Virus record (IMG/VR): IMGVR_UViG_3300027533_000082
Location: 1-25,922 of that record
Length of the DNA stretch: 25,922 bases
DNA from: a virus
Lineage: Duplodnaviria > Caudoviricetes
Reading direction: 5' to 3' (one strand)
A program made the translations under genes and the position numbers. Shown here piece by piece: positions 16,094-25,453 of this stretch (the first letter of the stretch is position 1; the number at the start of each line of letters is the position of its first letter). The notes below the pieces were generated by a model. It searched no databases and was not told the origin of the DNA. It was given only the letters and a program-made list of their open reading frames with translations.

Positions 16094-19000
16094 TGGCAAA
16101 GGTTCCATATAAGGGGTCTCCGAGCGTTGACGCTTCGATGACGCCTCTGCCTCCGCAGAATATGCCGCACGTCGATCTGTCGGGTCCGGGGCAAGAGCTG
16201 GCCAATCTTGGTAAGTCCTTCCAAGGCCTCGGTGCCTCGATCACGGCCAATCAGGTCGCGATGCAGGGCCGCCAGAACGAGGCTGTGGTCAGCGATCTCG
16301 TTGTGCAAGCTGACACTGAGATGGGGCTTAACCACGCTGACTACAGCTCGCTGCAAGGCGAGACTAAGATGACGGAGTACGATCCTTATGTAAAGAAGCA
16401 AGAGGAAACCGCACAACGCTGGCAGCTAAAGGCTGATAGCTACGGAAATCCAGAGGTGTCTCGTCGGTTCAGGATGCACCTTGATCCGAAGCTTGGAGCC
16501 TATGTGGTTAGGGGTGCGACAGAGAAGGGCGTCGCACAGAAAGACTATGAGAACAAATCAGCTATTGCTCTTGAAAATAATGCAGTCGATGACGCGCACG
16601 CTAACTACAAAGACGATTATGCCTTTGATCGAAGCATGAACGCTGTTCGTCAGTCCGTTGACTCTCGTGCGAAAACGATGGGCTGGGATGAAGAACAGAA
16701 GAAAGCTGAAATGAGGCGGGCCACTGATCGAGTGTTCGATGCTCGTGTCAGGGGTTATGCGAGACAAGACCCAACAACCGCACGAAAGATTCTGGACGCA
16801 AATCGCTCGATAATCGGTGGCAAGACTCAGATCGATCTTGACTTGCATCTTAACGAGCAGGATGCAAACATCAAGTCTCTAAATGACGGTGATTACTTTC
16901 GGGATCATGGTGAGTGGCCTGATGCTGCCCCGGTCGTAGTCCAACCCGATGCGCCCGGACCTCGAAGCGAGGCCGCTCCAGTTGACGGGGTATCCCCTGC
17001 TCAACAAGTCGCAGCAGTGAAAGGTGATGATCCCGCGCAAATTGCGGAAGATGCATCAAAGCCTCCGGTTGAAGGACAACTCCAGCCCGGAGCGCCCGCA
17101 GCACCTGATCAAAAGCAAGACGCAAGCATTGGTTCGGAAGAACTGATCGGGGAGAAGGGTGTCCAGTACGCACAGGCAGACACGGGAACAAAGTCTGATG
17201 CGAGCGGCTATGAGCTGACTAACCCTGTTCAGAAGGGTGATCCAAAGGATCAGTTCGAGGTAACTCACCCACTTCAAAAAGGTGATCCGAGAGAGCAATA
17301 CGAGGCGAAGCCACTTAAGATGGCTGCGCTTGGTCCGTTGAAGGATCAAGGCCCAAGGCCGTCGAAATACTCTGGCGAGATTTCACTGGGCGACAGCAAG
17401 TTCTCCTTTGTCAGCGGCGGCGGTCGAACCCCCTCTGCGCCTTACGGCACCTACCCGATCACACCGGGGAAGGAAGGGCCGATTATCAGGCAGATGGGTG
17501 GAATCACGCTGAACAACAACGTGGTCTGGGACCCTGCATTAGGCCGGGACCGCCACGGTATTGCCTTCCACCCCGCTCAGGGCGCAGACCAATCCGCGGG
17601 CTGTTTCATCATTCCCGATGGACAGTGGCCGAAGTTCAAAGCCGAGCTGCAATCGAAGATGCAGACCGAGGGACCACAGTACCTGACTGTGAACCCGGAC
17701 GGAAGTGCGTTTATCTCCGGTAAGCCGGGGCGGCTTGCCAATGATCCTATCGGTTCCCCGACTAAGTCCTTCGGGCTGAACCAGAAGCGGATTAACGAGG
17801 TCACTCAAAGCCCCCATGGACAGACCATTATCACGGAGGCGAATAAGCTCGGTTACGACACCAACAAGCTTCTGACGTACATCTCGATTGAGAGCAGCGG
17901 TAATCCGCGGATGGTAACTGGAAGTTATTATGGGCTTGGACAACTCTCGAAAGAGGAGTTCGCGAAGTACAGTTCTCCCGGTGAGAACATCTATGATCCC
18001 GGCGCGAACACTCGCGCGACGATCAAGCTGTTGCAAGCCAACTCAGCGATGTTCGAGAAGAAGTTTGGCAGGGAGCCATCTTCGACTGAGCTGTATATGA
18101 TCCATCAGCAGGGATGGGGCGGGGCACAAGCGCACTTCGCAAACCCCGATCGCCCTGCATGGCAGAATATGGCTTCGACGAAGGAAGGCAGGGAGAAGGG
18201 TGAGAAGTGGTCGAGAGATGCGATCTGGGGAAACCTCACAGATAAGGAAAAGAAGCAGTACGGCTCTGTTGAGAACGTAAGGTCAGCGGACCTTGTCGGC
18301 ACGTTCGAGCGGAAGATCACGGGCAATGGATACTCACCCGCAGATCAGGGCACAGCTATTGCGTGGGATGCTTCGCAGGGGGACAGCGCTCAACGGACTG
18401 GACTGATCCCAACACGGCTGACCTCTCCGACCGCTCGCGGCATGGCTATTCCGACTCGTGTAGGCGAGGGCGTCCGCGCCAGTGACCAGACTGCGATGGT
18501 TGTCACGCCACCGGCTGACGCATCCCCCGCAGCTATTGACACTCACATCAACAAGTTCCTTGAACAGAACGCTCTCGCCCCCGGAGATGTGTTTAAGGTT
18601 CAGAACCCTGATGGTGGACAGCAAGCTTATGAGGTCACAGCATCGGAGAGTGGGGAGAAGAGCTATAAGAAGGCTGAGATGCTCTCTGGTGAGGGCGGCG
18701 CTATCCAGTATGCCCAAGCCGATACTGGAACCGTCTCTGACGCCAGCCCGAATGTTGGGAACGACGTCACTCCGGTGCCCGCCGACAAAGGGCCAGCCGT
18801 TTCTCCCGGCCCACTGCGAAAGGACTCCGATCAGAAGTGGCTCGACCAAGCTTTGATTATGGCTGAAGAACGCGCGAATAAGGTTGCACCCGGAAATATC
18901 AAGTATAAGGATAATCTGAGGCGGAAGCTTATCACCGACTTCTATCAGGCACAGCGGATGGGTGTTCAGGAACAGCGGGCGAATTATAACAACGTGTTCG

Positions 19001-19737
19001 CTGCTGTCATGGGCGACTATGACGAGAAGATGATCCGCTCGATGGATCAGATTTATGCGAACCCAGTTCTGCACGAGTCATATAAACAGCTAGATCGAGC
19101 AAGGCAGACTCAGATCGACGCACAAGTTGCGGCCAACTCGAAGAAAGACCTTTTGCCTACGCCAGAGCGGGATGCGCGGGCTGACTATCTGACAGGATTG
19201 GCAGGAGATGATCCGGATGCGTTCTTGGACGAGCCGCTTACAGGCATGACTAAGAAAGATATTGAGAGACTGTTTAAGATGAAGCTGAACATTAAAAAGC
19301 ATCTGACAGAGAACCGCGCTACGCAGACCGCTCTCCGTGATGTAGGCAGACTTGTCAAAGCTGCTGGCATTGAGCAGTTCGGTGATGATGAAGAAGTGAA
19401 GGTTTACACTGAGTTCGCTGGTGCGATGCATAACAAGGTGCAAGAGTTTATACAAGATAATAAGAGAAAGCCTAACTGGGAAGATGCACAGAAGATTGCG
19501 ACGCAACTTCTTGCGCCGAAGGGTGGCGAGAAGAGGTTCCTCGATCCAAGGACTTGGTTCAACGATAGCACTCCGAAGTTCCAAGCCCCGAGTAGTTGGA
19601 CCGGCCCGGATGGAGTTAAGCGTTCTAAGGATGAGTGGGTGAAGGAGTTCCAGCTTAGGAAGCAGCGCCCACCGACTCCGAGTGAAATAAACAAACTCTG
19701 GCAGGACAGTACAGGCAATGCCCGTAACCAACCTTGA
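16093..19737 (+). CDS. Internal virion (ejection) protein, gp15-like position, with L,D-transpeptidase-like (Tlde1/DUF2778-type) and lytic transglycosylase domains
   Basis: Helical N- and C-terminal parts; SG..P.GTY..R.GIAFH-x7-SAGC (~17370-17700); IESSGNP / GLGQ / LYMIHQQG (~17820-18320). Confidence 0.8.
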   Translation: MAKVPYKGSPSVDASMTPLPPQNMPHVDLSGPGQELANLGKSFQGLGASITANQVAMQGRQNEAVVSDLVVQADTEMGLNHADYSSLQGETKMTEYDPYVKKQEETAQRWQLKADSYGNPEVSRRFRMHLDPKLGAYVVRGATEKGVAQKDYENKSAIALENNAVDDAHANYKDDYAFDRSMNAVRQSVDSRAKTMGWDEEQKKAEMRRATDRVFDARVRGYARQDPTTARKILDANRSIIGGKTQIDLDLHLNEQDANIKSLNDGDYFRDHGEWPDAAPVVVQPDAPGPRSEAAPVDGVSPAQQVAAVKGDDPAQIAEDASKPPVEGQLQPGAPAAPDQKQDASIGSEELIGEKGVQYAQADTGTKSDASGYELTNPVQKGDPKDQFEVTHPLQKGDPREQYEAKPLKMAALGPLKDQGPRPSKYSGEISLGDSKFSFVSGGGRTPSAPYGTYPITPGKEGPIIRQMGGITLNNNVVWDPALGRDRHGIAFHPAQGADQSAGCFIIPDGQWPKFKAELQSKMQTEGPQYLTVNPDGSAFISGKPGRLANDPIGSPTKSFGLNQKRINEVTQSPHGQTIITEANKLGYDTNKLLTYISIESSGNPRMVTGSYYGLGQLSKEEFAKYSSPGENIYDPGANTRATIKLLQANSAMFEKKFGREPSSTELYMIHQQGWGGAQAHFANPDRPAWQNMASTKEGREKGEKWSRDAIWGNLTDKEKKQYGSVENVRSADLVGTFERKITGNGYSPADQGTAIAWDASQGDSAQRTGLIPTRLTSPTARGMAIPTRVGEGVRASDQTAMVVTPPADASPAAIDTHINKFLEQNALAPGDVFKVQNPDGGQQAYEVTASESGEKSYKKAEMLSGEGGAIQYAQADTGTVSDASPNVGNDVTPVPADKGPAVSPGPLRKDSDQKWLDQALIMAEERANKVAPGNIKYKDNLRRKLITDFYQAQRMGVQEQRANYNNVFAAVMGDYDEKMIRSMDQIYANPVLHESYKQLDRARQTQIDAQVAANSKKDLLPTPERDARADYLTGLAGDDPDAFLDEPLTGMTKKDIERLFKMKLNIKKHLTENRATQTALRDVGRLVKAAGIEQFGDDEEVKVYTEFAGAMHNKVQEFIQDNKRKPNWEDAQKIATQLLAPKGGEKRFLDPRTWFNDSTPKFQAPSSWTGPDGVKRSKDEWVKEFQLRKQRPPTPSEINKLWQDSTGNARNQP
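17164..18747 (+). repeat. Dispersed 14-aa direct repeat QYAQADTGT(K/V)SDAS at 17164-17205 and 18706-18747
   Basis: 13 of 14 residues identical; 9 of those 13 codons differ at the third position. Confidence 0.9.
17209..17319 (+). repeat. 15-aa tandem repeat, about 2.5 copies
   Basis: YELTNPVQKGDPKDQ / FEVTHPLQKGDPREQ / YEAKPLK. Confidence 0.85.
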
Positions 19738-22700
19738 TGATCTTTTTAACAACGCAGTGGACCCAGTAAGTCCACTCGACGAGTTGTTCAAGCCTTATAA
19801 GCCCGCGTCTCCTGTGAGACAACAGGCGGTTGGGGACAGCCTTGCTAACCCTGAAAACGCAGCGAAAGCGTTGAAACTTGGGAAGCAAATGAACACCGCG
19901 CCTGTGGTGGTCGAGGGCGATCCGACGCTATTCGAGAACGATCTGAAGGCGCAGCAAGCTGCGACGGCTTCGGAGAACCCTGCCATTGCGAAATACATCG
20001 CTGGCAATCCGATGGCCGCGAAGGTGTCGAATGATGACTGGGAAGTGATGAAAACGATCTCGGACAAGCTTGATTGGGCCGAGGCGGCAACTGGGAGTAT
20101 CTTCGATCACACCCTTCAGGGTTTTAAGCAGGGCTTTGGCCCCGGCGCACTGGGTATGTCAGACGAGAACAGGCGGAATTATCCGTTGACAGCCACGTTG
20201 GCGCAGCCCTTTCTCGCCCCGATCGATCTCGCTCTTCGCGGGCTTCGCGGAAGTGTCGGTGGGCTCGCAGCCCTTGGTGGTGAAACCGCTCGACAGACCG
20301 GGGAGTGGAAATATACAGTAGACCTGCCCCTCTTTGGCAAGCAGACGTTTGAAATGAACGACGCTTGGGCGAACCGGCTTGAGCGGGACTTGCGAATGGG
20401 TATCGAGATGGGCCTTGTCGAGGCTGGCAAGCCCGGCATGGGACCAACTGGGTTTACCCCGAAAGGCCTGAATAATCTCGCGAAAGAGGCCACGAAGGAT
20501 CGGCTGCGAGTTGATGCTGGTGATCTCACTGTTAAGGAGTTCCTCGGTACTGCGGAGGGGATCAAGTCGAGGAAGGAGATCGACGACTACATCGCTGGAA
20601 GAGAAGCGCCACCGGCACCATTGCGGCTCAGTCCTCCTGCGGAAGTAATGATCAGGAATGGGGAGATGCCACCCCCTAAGATGGACCCGATCATTGACGA
20701 ACTTCATATTATGCAGCAGGGGCTTGACTTAGCCCAATTCGACTCTGCTTACAAAACCATTCAAACGGAGTCTAAAACGCAGGGCCGCTCGCCGGATATG
20801 ATGGCGGAGTTTCTTGGGCATAAAACTGGGGACCGACAGGTTTATATCCCTGCCGATAAGGTGGTGGAACTGTACGAGTCTGCGAAAGATGTTAGCAAGG
20901 TGGGCGATCCAACTGACGGTGTATTTGGGTATGTGCCTGATCTAATGGATCAGCTTGTCCGTGCCGGGGCGACTGGAGGGGATATCGCGATCCCTATGTC
21001 GGAGTTCCTCGCGCGAACGGATGAAAAGACTTATGAGGCGGTGAAGGACTCGATTAGGTTTAGGAAAGAGGGGATCACGGCGGAAGAAGGGAAGGAGCTG
21101 AAAGCCTGGCATGGTACGGCAAATGAGGTTGATAAGTTTAAGACAGAAAAGATTGGAACCGGGGAAGGGGCTGCGTCGTATGGACATGGGCTATACTTTG
21201 CAGAGAATAAAGCAGTTGGGCAAGAGTATGCCAATAATCTCGCTCGTGCACGACACGAGCCTGCGCCCGAAGGAAGCATTGCTGATAAGGTTTATAAGCT
21301 TTTAGAGGCTGGTGATCTTCAGTGGGGCGATATTACAAAACTTCATGGAGGAGTTCTTGATACAGAGAACTCAGGTTATGTTAATTTCCCTGACAAATCA
21401 TCTATGTATGCCACTCCTGAGTATTGGGAACCAATTAAGACCCCGACAAGAAATCTTTATGAGGTTAATCTTAAGGTAGATAAAAACCTGTTGCTTGATT
21501 GGGATAAGCCTCTTAACGAACAAACACCTGAGGTTATCGCAGCACTGAAAAAGGCTGGCATAGACGTATCAGATGCTACCAGTGGTGAAGATGCATATCA
21601 TCAGTTGGTAAATATTCACGGAAAGTTAATGTCCCCGAATGATAGGGGAATGCGTTATAGCACTGGACCGAAAGAAGCTTCGAGAGTTTTGAAAGAGGCT
21701 GGTATTCAGGGGATCAAGTATTTTGACCAAGGGTCTCGCCCAGACTTTAGCCCAAAGTCCACAAGAGACGCACTGGCAGATCGAAAGAAGAACCCGGACC
21801 TTTATTCAGATAACGATACAGCAATTCCAATGCTTGAGGCTGATCTTGCAAAGTTAGAAAAAGCGACCAGTAACTTTGTTATCTTTGACGAGAGCAAAAT
21901 TGAGATTCTTTCCAAGAACGGCGAGCCCGCCAACATCTCGAAAGAAGAACGGGAGCAGATTCTTAAGCCGGGGCCGAAAGAGACCGATTTCGACGAAGAT
22001 GTTATGTCAGCGGAGGACCTGCAAAAGGACGCCGAGCTAGATATGGCGGGCATGGATGCGCTTACGCCCGAGACACCAGCCGAGGCCGCTGTCAAGGCAG
22101 TGAAGAAATCCCTCTATCTCGAACCGATGATAAAGGACGGAAAGACCGTCAACATAACTCAAGGCGAGTTCTCGAAATACTCGAAGAAGATTGAGACCGC
22201 AGACGCGAAGGCCGCTGAGAAGGTCGCTGCTGCGGCGGAACGAGAAGCAAAAAGGCGGCTGACGCCGGAGTGGAAAAAGAATGAGGCAGAGATTCGCGCG
22301 GAAGTCGAGTCTGATCTCCGGAGCCGTCCGGATATTGCTGCTGATACTTATTTTAGAACTGGTAAACTCCCAACAGGAGAACAGCGCCCGCGCCCGTACC
22401 TTAATCGGGACGCTGTCGAGACTCTTATTGGCCCGCGTCTACGCTCTATTACGAGTTCTACTGGAGTTCTTCCAGACGAAATTGCGCCATTCCTCAACTT
22501 TGAGAACGGTGCGGAACTTGTTAAGTCTTTAGACTTGCTCCACTTCGCGCGCGAGGCGAATAAGGAATCCGCGGACGCTTACATCAAGCGAGTGGTAGAT
22601 CAGGAAACCGAACTTCGGATGAACGATAAGTACGGCGATCTAGAGCAGGCTATCGCAAACGCCGCGAGCGAGGCCGCACAGGACGCTGCGAGACTCGATA

Positions 22701-25453
22701 TTCTTATCGATGAGCTAAAGTATATCTCAGATGCGGCTGGTGTTGCCCCTGTCTCGAAAGAGGCATTGGTGAACTTTGCTAGAGAGATGTTCAGTCAGCA
22801 GAAGGTAAAGAACATCTCGTATGAAGTCGCGAGACGGAATACGGAAAAGTCTGGGCGGGCAACTGAAAAGGCACTGCTGTCCGGGAAGTTCGACGAGGCA
22901 CTGAAAGAGGTTGAGAGGAGGGTGCTTTCCTTCCTTGAGGCGAAGCTGTCAAAGGCTTTCGAGCGAGAGAATAAGTCAGACCGAAGAAGGTTCGACCGAC
23001 TGGGTGGGGATGAAACAATTAAGAGTATTGACCAGCAGTACCTGAACCAGATTCATGTGCTTCTAGCCCGTGTCGGCCTCGATGTTTCTCGGTCGGAGCA
23101 GAGCCTTGGTCATGCCGCACGGGTTCCACTGGAAACCTTCATCGCTGCGAAAGAGGCAGACGGTCATCTTATGATCCGGCCTGATCTTCCAGCGAAGAAC
23201 TCTTATGAGGAGTTCACTGTTGACGAGGCCCGCGCCTTCGCGAATGTGATTAAGAACCTTGAGCACATTGGGAAGGAACAGAAAAGTATTCAGGTTGGGA
23301 AGGACAAAGAGGCCTACGAAACGGCAGTAGCTAGGGCAATCTCCAATCTCGATGCGATGGCCGGGAAGTTCGACCCGAAGGGAAAGAGCAAAATACGCTC
23401 GATAAACAGTTATCTTGTAAAGATGGAACAGCTGTTTGATTGGGCCGACGCTCGTGACCATAATGGTCCCTTTAACCAGATTGTTTTCAGGCCGCTTAGC
23501 GAAGCGAAGCACTGGAAGTCGGATAAGATTAGAGAGGTCGGTGCCGCGCTCAATGCTATTCCTTCCTCGTTCGAGTGGAGGAAGGGCTTGTATGAGCGGG
23601 TTGAGAATAAGACCCTGATCGATCCAAGAAACGACCAGCCGATGGTCCTTAATCGCGAGGCCATGCTTGCGATTGCGCTGAACTCTGGGAGCAAGAGCAA
23701 CTTCGGTGTGCTGACTAAGGGGTATAAATGGGACCCTGAGGACGTTCATCGATTTCTCACTGAGAATATGACGAAGGAAGATATTGCCTATGTCAATGGT
23801 GTCTGGAAGATGTTTGCAGATCACCTTCGGGATGATATCTCGCGAGTGACTGAGCAACTCTCCGGAGTCCCAGTCGATCTCGTTGACGCTGTGCCGTTCA
23901 ATACCAAGGGTGGAGAAGCCACGGGCGGATACTATCCGTTAATCGCGGATAGACTGCACTCGCTTGAGCATCGAGCCTCTAAGATAGAGTTGGAGGCGTT
24001 TGAATACTCCCCACTTCCATCTCCTCGCGCGACAAAGGAACGGACTGGTGCGGCGTATCCTCTTCAGTTAGATATCTCCGGGCTTCCGGGAAGGTTGAAT
24101 GAGACCATTCATAACCTTGCTTACCGTGCGCCACTGATTAACGCGAAGAAGTTTCTGGATGATCCACTAGTCCGTGAGGTTTTCACCAACGCCTTCGGAC
24201 AGGAATACACTGAACTGCTTACACCATTTATGCAGCGAGTTGCCAAAGGTGGCTATGGTGATGATATCGGTGCGCTTGCACAGTTAAGCCAGTTCGTTCG
24301 TATGAACGCACAAGGTATGATGATCGGCTTTAACCCTGGGACTATCGTGATCCACGGTGGCGCTGCGGCGGCGAACTCCATCGCAGAGGTTGGGTTCATG
24401 CCACTGATTAGGGCAGCGCATCCGGCCTTGAGAGAAGCTATCGGTGCCAAGATCAATGACTTTTTCTCAAGTGAGGAAAGGGCAATGACGATGACTGAGG
24501 AGGCTTATGCTCAGTCAGGTGAATTAAGGAACAGGCGGCACTATATCGATGACAACCTGAACGCAATGGCGGAGCAGGTGTTGAGACAGAGCAGCGTGCT
24601 TGAGGCCGGGGCGCACCTGTTGAAGGGAAACCTTAGCTTGACAGAAGCCAAAGATGTTCTCATGAACGCGAGACAGCGGCTCTTGATCTTCTCCATGAGC
24701 GGGGTTGCCCATTTCGATCAAATGTCTGCAGTACCGACTTGGCTGGCGATCAGGGATCGAGCGTTACTGGATGGAAAGGAATTGCCCGAGGCTATTTACA
24801 TGGCGGATAAGGCTGTGCGTAACGCCCACGGAGCCAACGGACTGATCGACACTGCACGGATTCAGAATGTGGGCGAGATTATGAAGTGGTTTACCATGTT
24901 CTATGGGTACTTCAGCCATAACTATAATCGTAACTTCGATACGGTGAAGGTGATTCAGGGCAAAACCCCACCACCTGCTGACGGCGGGAAGTTTATGACT
25001 TCGTTCTCTCGAGCATTTTGGTACTTGGTCATTCCTGCGCTGATCCATGAAGCGATTAGAGGACATGGTGATGGGAAGGAGAACCCATTGCAGTGGATCG
25101 CTGGAACACTTTCAACCCAACTCCTTGGAATGTTCCCGTTCGCCAGAGATGTATCTTTTGCCGTGTCCTCTGGAAGGCAAGCATCTTCCACACCTCTAGG
25201 TGATGTTGCACAGGGCTATGCCGCGGTGGCTACTGATGTGCTAAAGGCACTGAATGTCATGGAAGGCAAGCCCTCGAAGCTATGGTTACAGCACGCGCTT
25301 GATCTGCCGGGGTACTCTGTTGGAATAGGGACTCGGACAACCTCTCGTGCGAGTCAGTTCTTGTTCGATACTGCTGCGGGTAAGCAGCATCCTCAAGACG
25401 GTGTAGAATATCTTCGGGGACTTATCACTGGAAAGGCAAAGGCTCACAAATGA
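19718..25453 (+). CDS. Large internal virion/ejection protein (gp16-like position, polyvalent-protein type) with an inserted ADP-ribosyltransferase-like domain
   Basis: 1911 aa, mostly helical, with hydrophobic segments near the C-terminus; AWHGT..GTGEGAASYGHGLYFAE..LYEVNL..GIQGIKY..NFVIFD at ~21101-21920. Confidence 0.82.
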   Translation: MPVTNLDDLFNNAVDPVSPLDELFKPYKPASPVRQQAVGDSLANPENAAKALKLGKQMNTAPVVVEGDPTLFENDLKAQQAATASENPAIAKYIAGNPMAAKVSNDDWEVMKTISDKLDWAEAATGSIFDHTLQGFKQGFGPGALGMSDENRRNYPLTATLAQPFLAPIDLALRGLRGSVGGLAALGGETARQTGEWKYTVDLPLFGKQTFEMNDAWANRLERDLRMGIEMGLVEAGKPGMGPTGFTPKGLNNLAKEATKDRLRVDAGDLTVKEFLGTAEGIKSRKEIDDYIAGREAPPAPLRLSPPAEVMIRNGEMPPPKMDPIIDELHIMQQGLDLAQFDSAYKTIQTESKTQGRSPDMMAEFLGHKTGDRQVYIPADKVVELYESAKDVSKVGDPTDGVFGYVPDLMDQLVRAGATGGDIAIPMSEFLARTDEKTYEAVKDSIRFRKEGITAEEGKELKAWHGTANEVDKFKTEKIGTGEGAASYGHGLYFAENKAVGQEYANNLARARHEPAPEGSIADKVYKLLEAGDLQWGDITKLHGGVLDTENSGYVNFPDKSSMYATPEYWEPIKTPTRNLYEVNLKVDKNLLLDWDKPLNEQTPEVIAALKKAGIDVSDATSGEDAYHQLVNIHGKLMSPNDRGMRYSTGPKEASRVLKEAGIQGIKYFDQGSRPDFSPKSTRDALADRKKNPDLYSDNDTAIPMLEADLAKLEKATSNFVIFDESKIEILSKNGEPANISKEEREQILKPGPKETDFDEDVMSAEDLQKDAELDMAGMDALTPETPAEAAVKAVKKSLYLEPMIKDGKTVNITQGEFSKYSKKIETADAKAAEKVAAAAEREAKRRLTPEWKKNEAEIRAEVESDLRSRPDIAADTYFRTGKLPTGEQRPRPYLNRDAVETLIGPRLRSITSSTGVLPDEIAPFLNFENGAELVKSLDLLHFAREANKESADAYIKRVVDQETELRMNDKYGDLEQAIANAASEAAQDAARLDILIDELKYISDAAGVAPVSKEALVNFAREMFSQQKVKNISYEVARRNTEKSGRATEKALLSGKFDEALKEVERRVLSFLEAKLSKAFERENKSDRRRFDRLGGDETIKSIDQQYLNQIHVLLARVGLDVSRSEQSLGHAARVPLETFIAAKEADGHLMIRPDLPAKNSYEEFTVDEARAFANVIKNLEHIGKEQKSIQVGKDKEAYETAVARAISNLDAMAGKFDPKGKSKIRSINSYLVKMEQLFDWADARDHNGPFNQIVFRPLSEAKHWKSDKIREVGAALNAIPSSFEWRKGLYERVENKTLIDPRNDQPMVLNREAMLAIALNSGSKSNFGVLTKGYKWDPEDVHRFLTENMTKEDIAYVNGVWKMFADHLRDDISRVTEQLSGVPVDLVDAVPFNTKGGEATGGYYPLIADRLHSLEHRASKIELEAFEYSPLPSPRATKERTGAAYPLQLDISGLPGRLNETIHNLAYRAPLINAKKFLDDPLVREVFTNAFGQEYTELLTPFMQRVAKGGYGDDIGALAQLSQFVRMNAQGMMIGFNPGTIVIHGGAAAANSIAEVGFMPLIRAAHPALREAIGAKINDFFSSEERAMTMTEEAYAQSGELRNRRHYIDDNLNAMAEQVLRQSSVLEAGAHLLKGNLSLTEAKDVLMNARQRLLIFSMSGVAHFDQMSAVPTWLAIRDRALLDGKELPEAIYMADKAVRNAHGANGLIDTARIQNVGEIMKWFTMFYGYFSHNYNRNFDTVKVIQGKTPPPADGGKFMTSFSRAFWYLVIPALIHEAIRGHGDGKENPLQWIAGTLSTQLLGMFPFARDVSFAVSSGRQASSTPLGDVAQGYAAVATDVLKALNVMEGKPSKLWLQHALDLPGYSVGIGTRTTSRASQFLFDTAAGKQHPQDGVEYLRGLITGKAKAHK

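Noticed and set aside
17164-21922. Inserted blocks as inteins or mobile elements
   Set aside because: No C/S...HN-C/S/T splice motifs, homing endonuclease or transposase motifs, and no exact DNA target duplication.
1855-25191. Numerous antisense and alternate-frame ORFs (e.g. 18334-19074, 19090-19791, 23063-23857)
   Set aside because: Fully nested in well-supported + strand genes; typical shadow ORFs of GC-rich coding DNA with no motifs.
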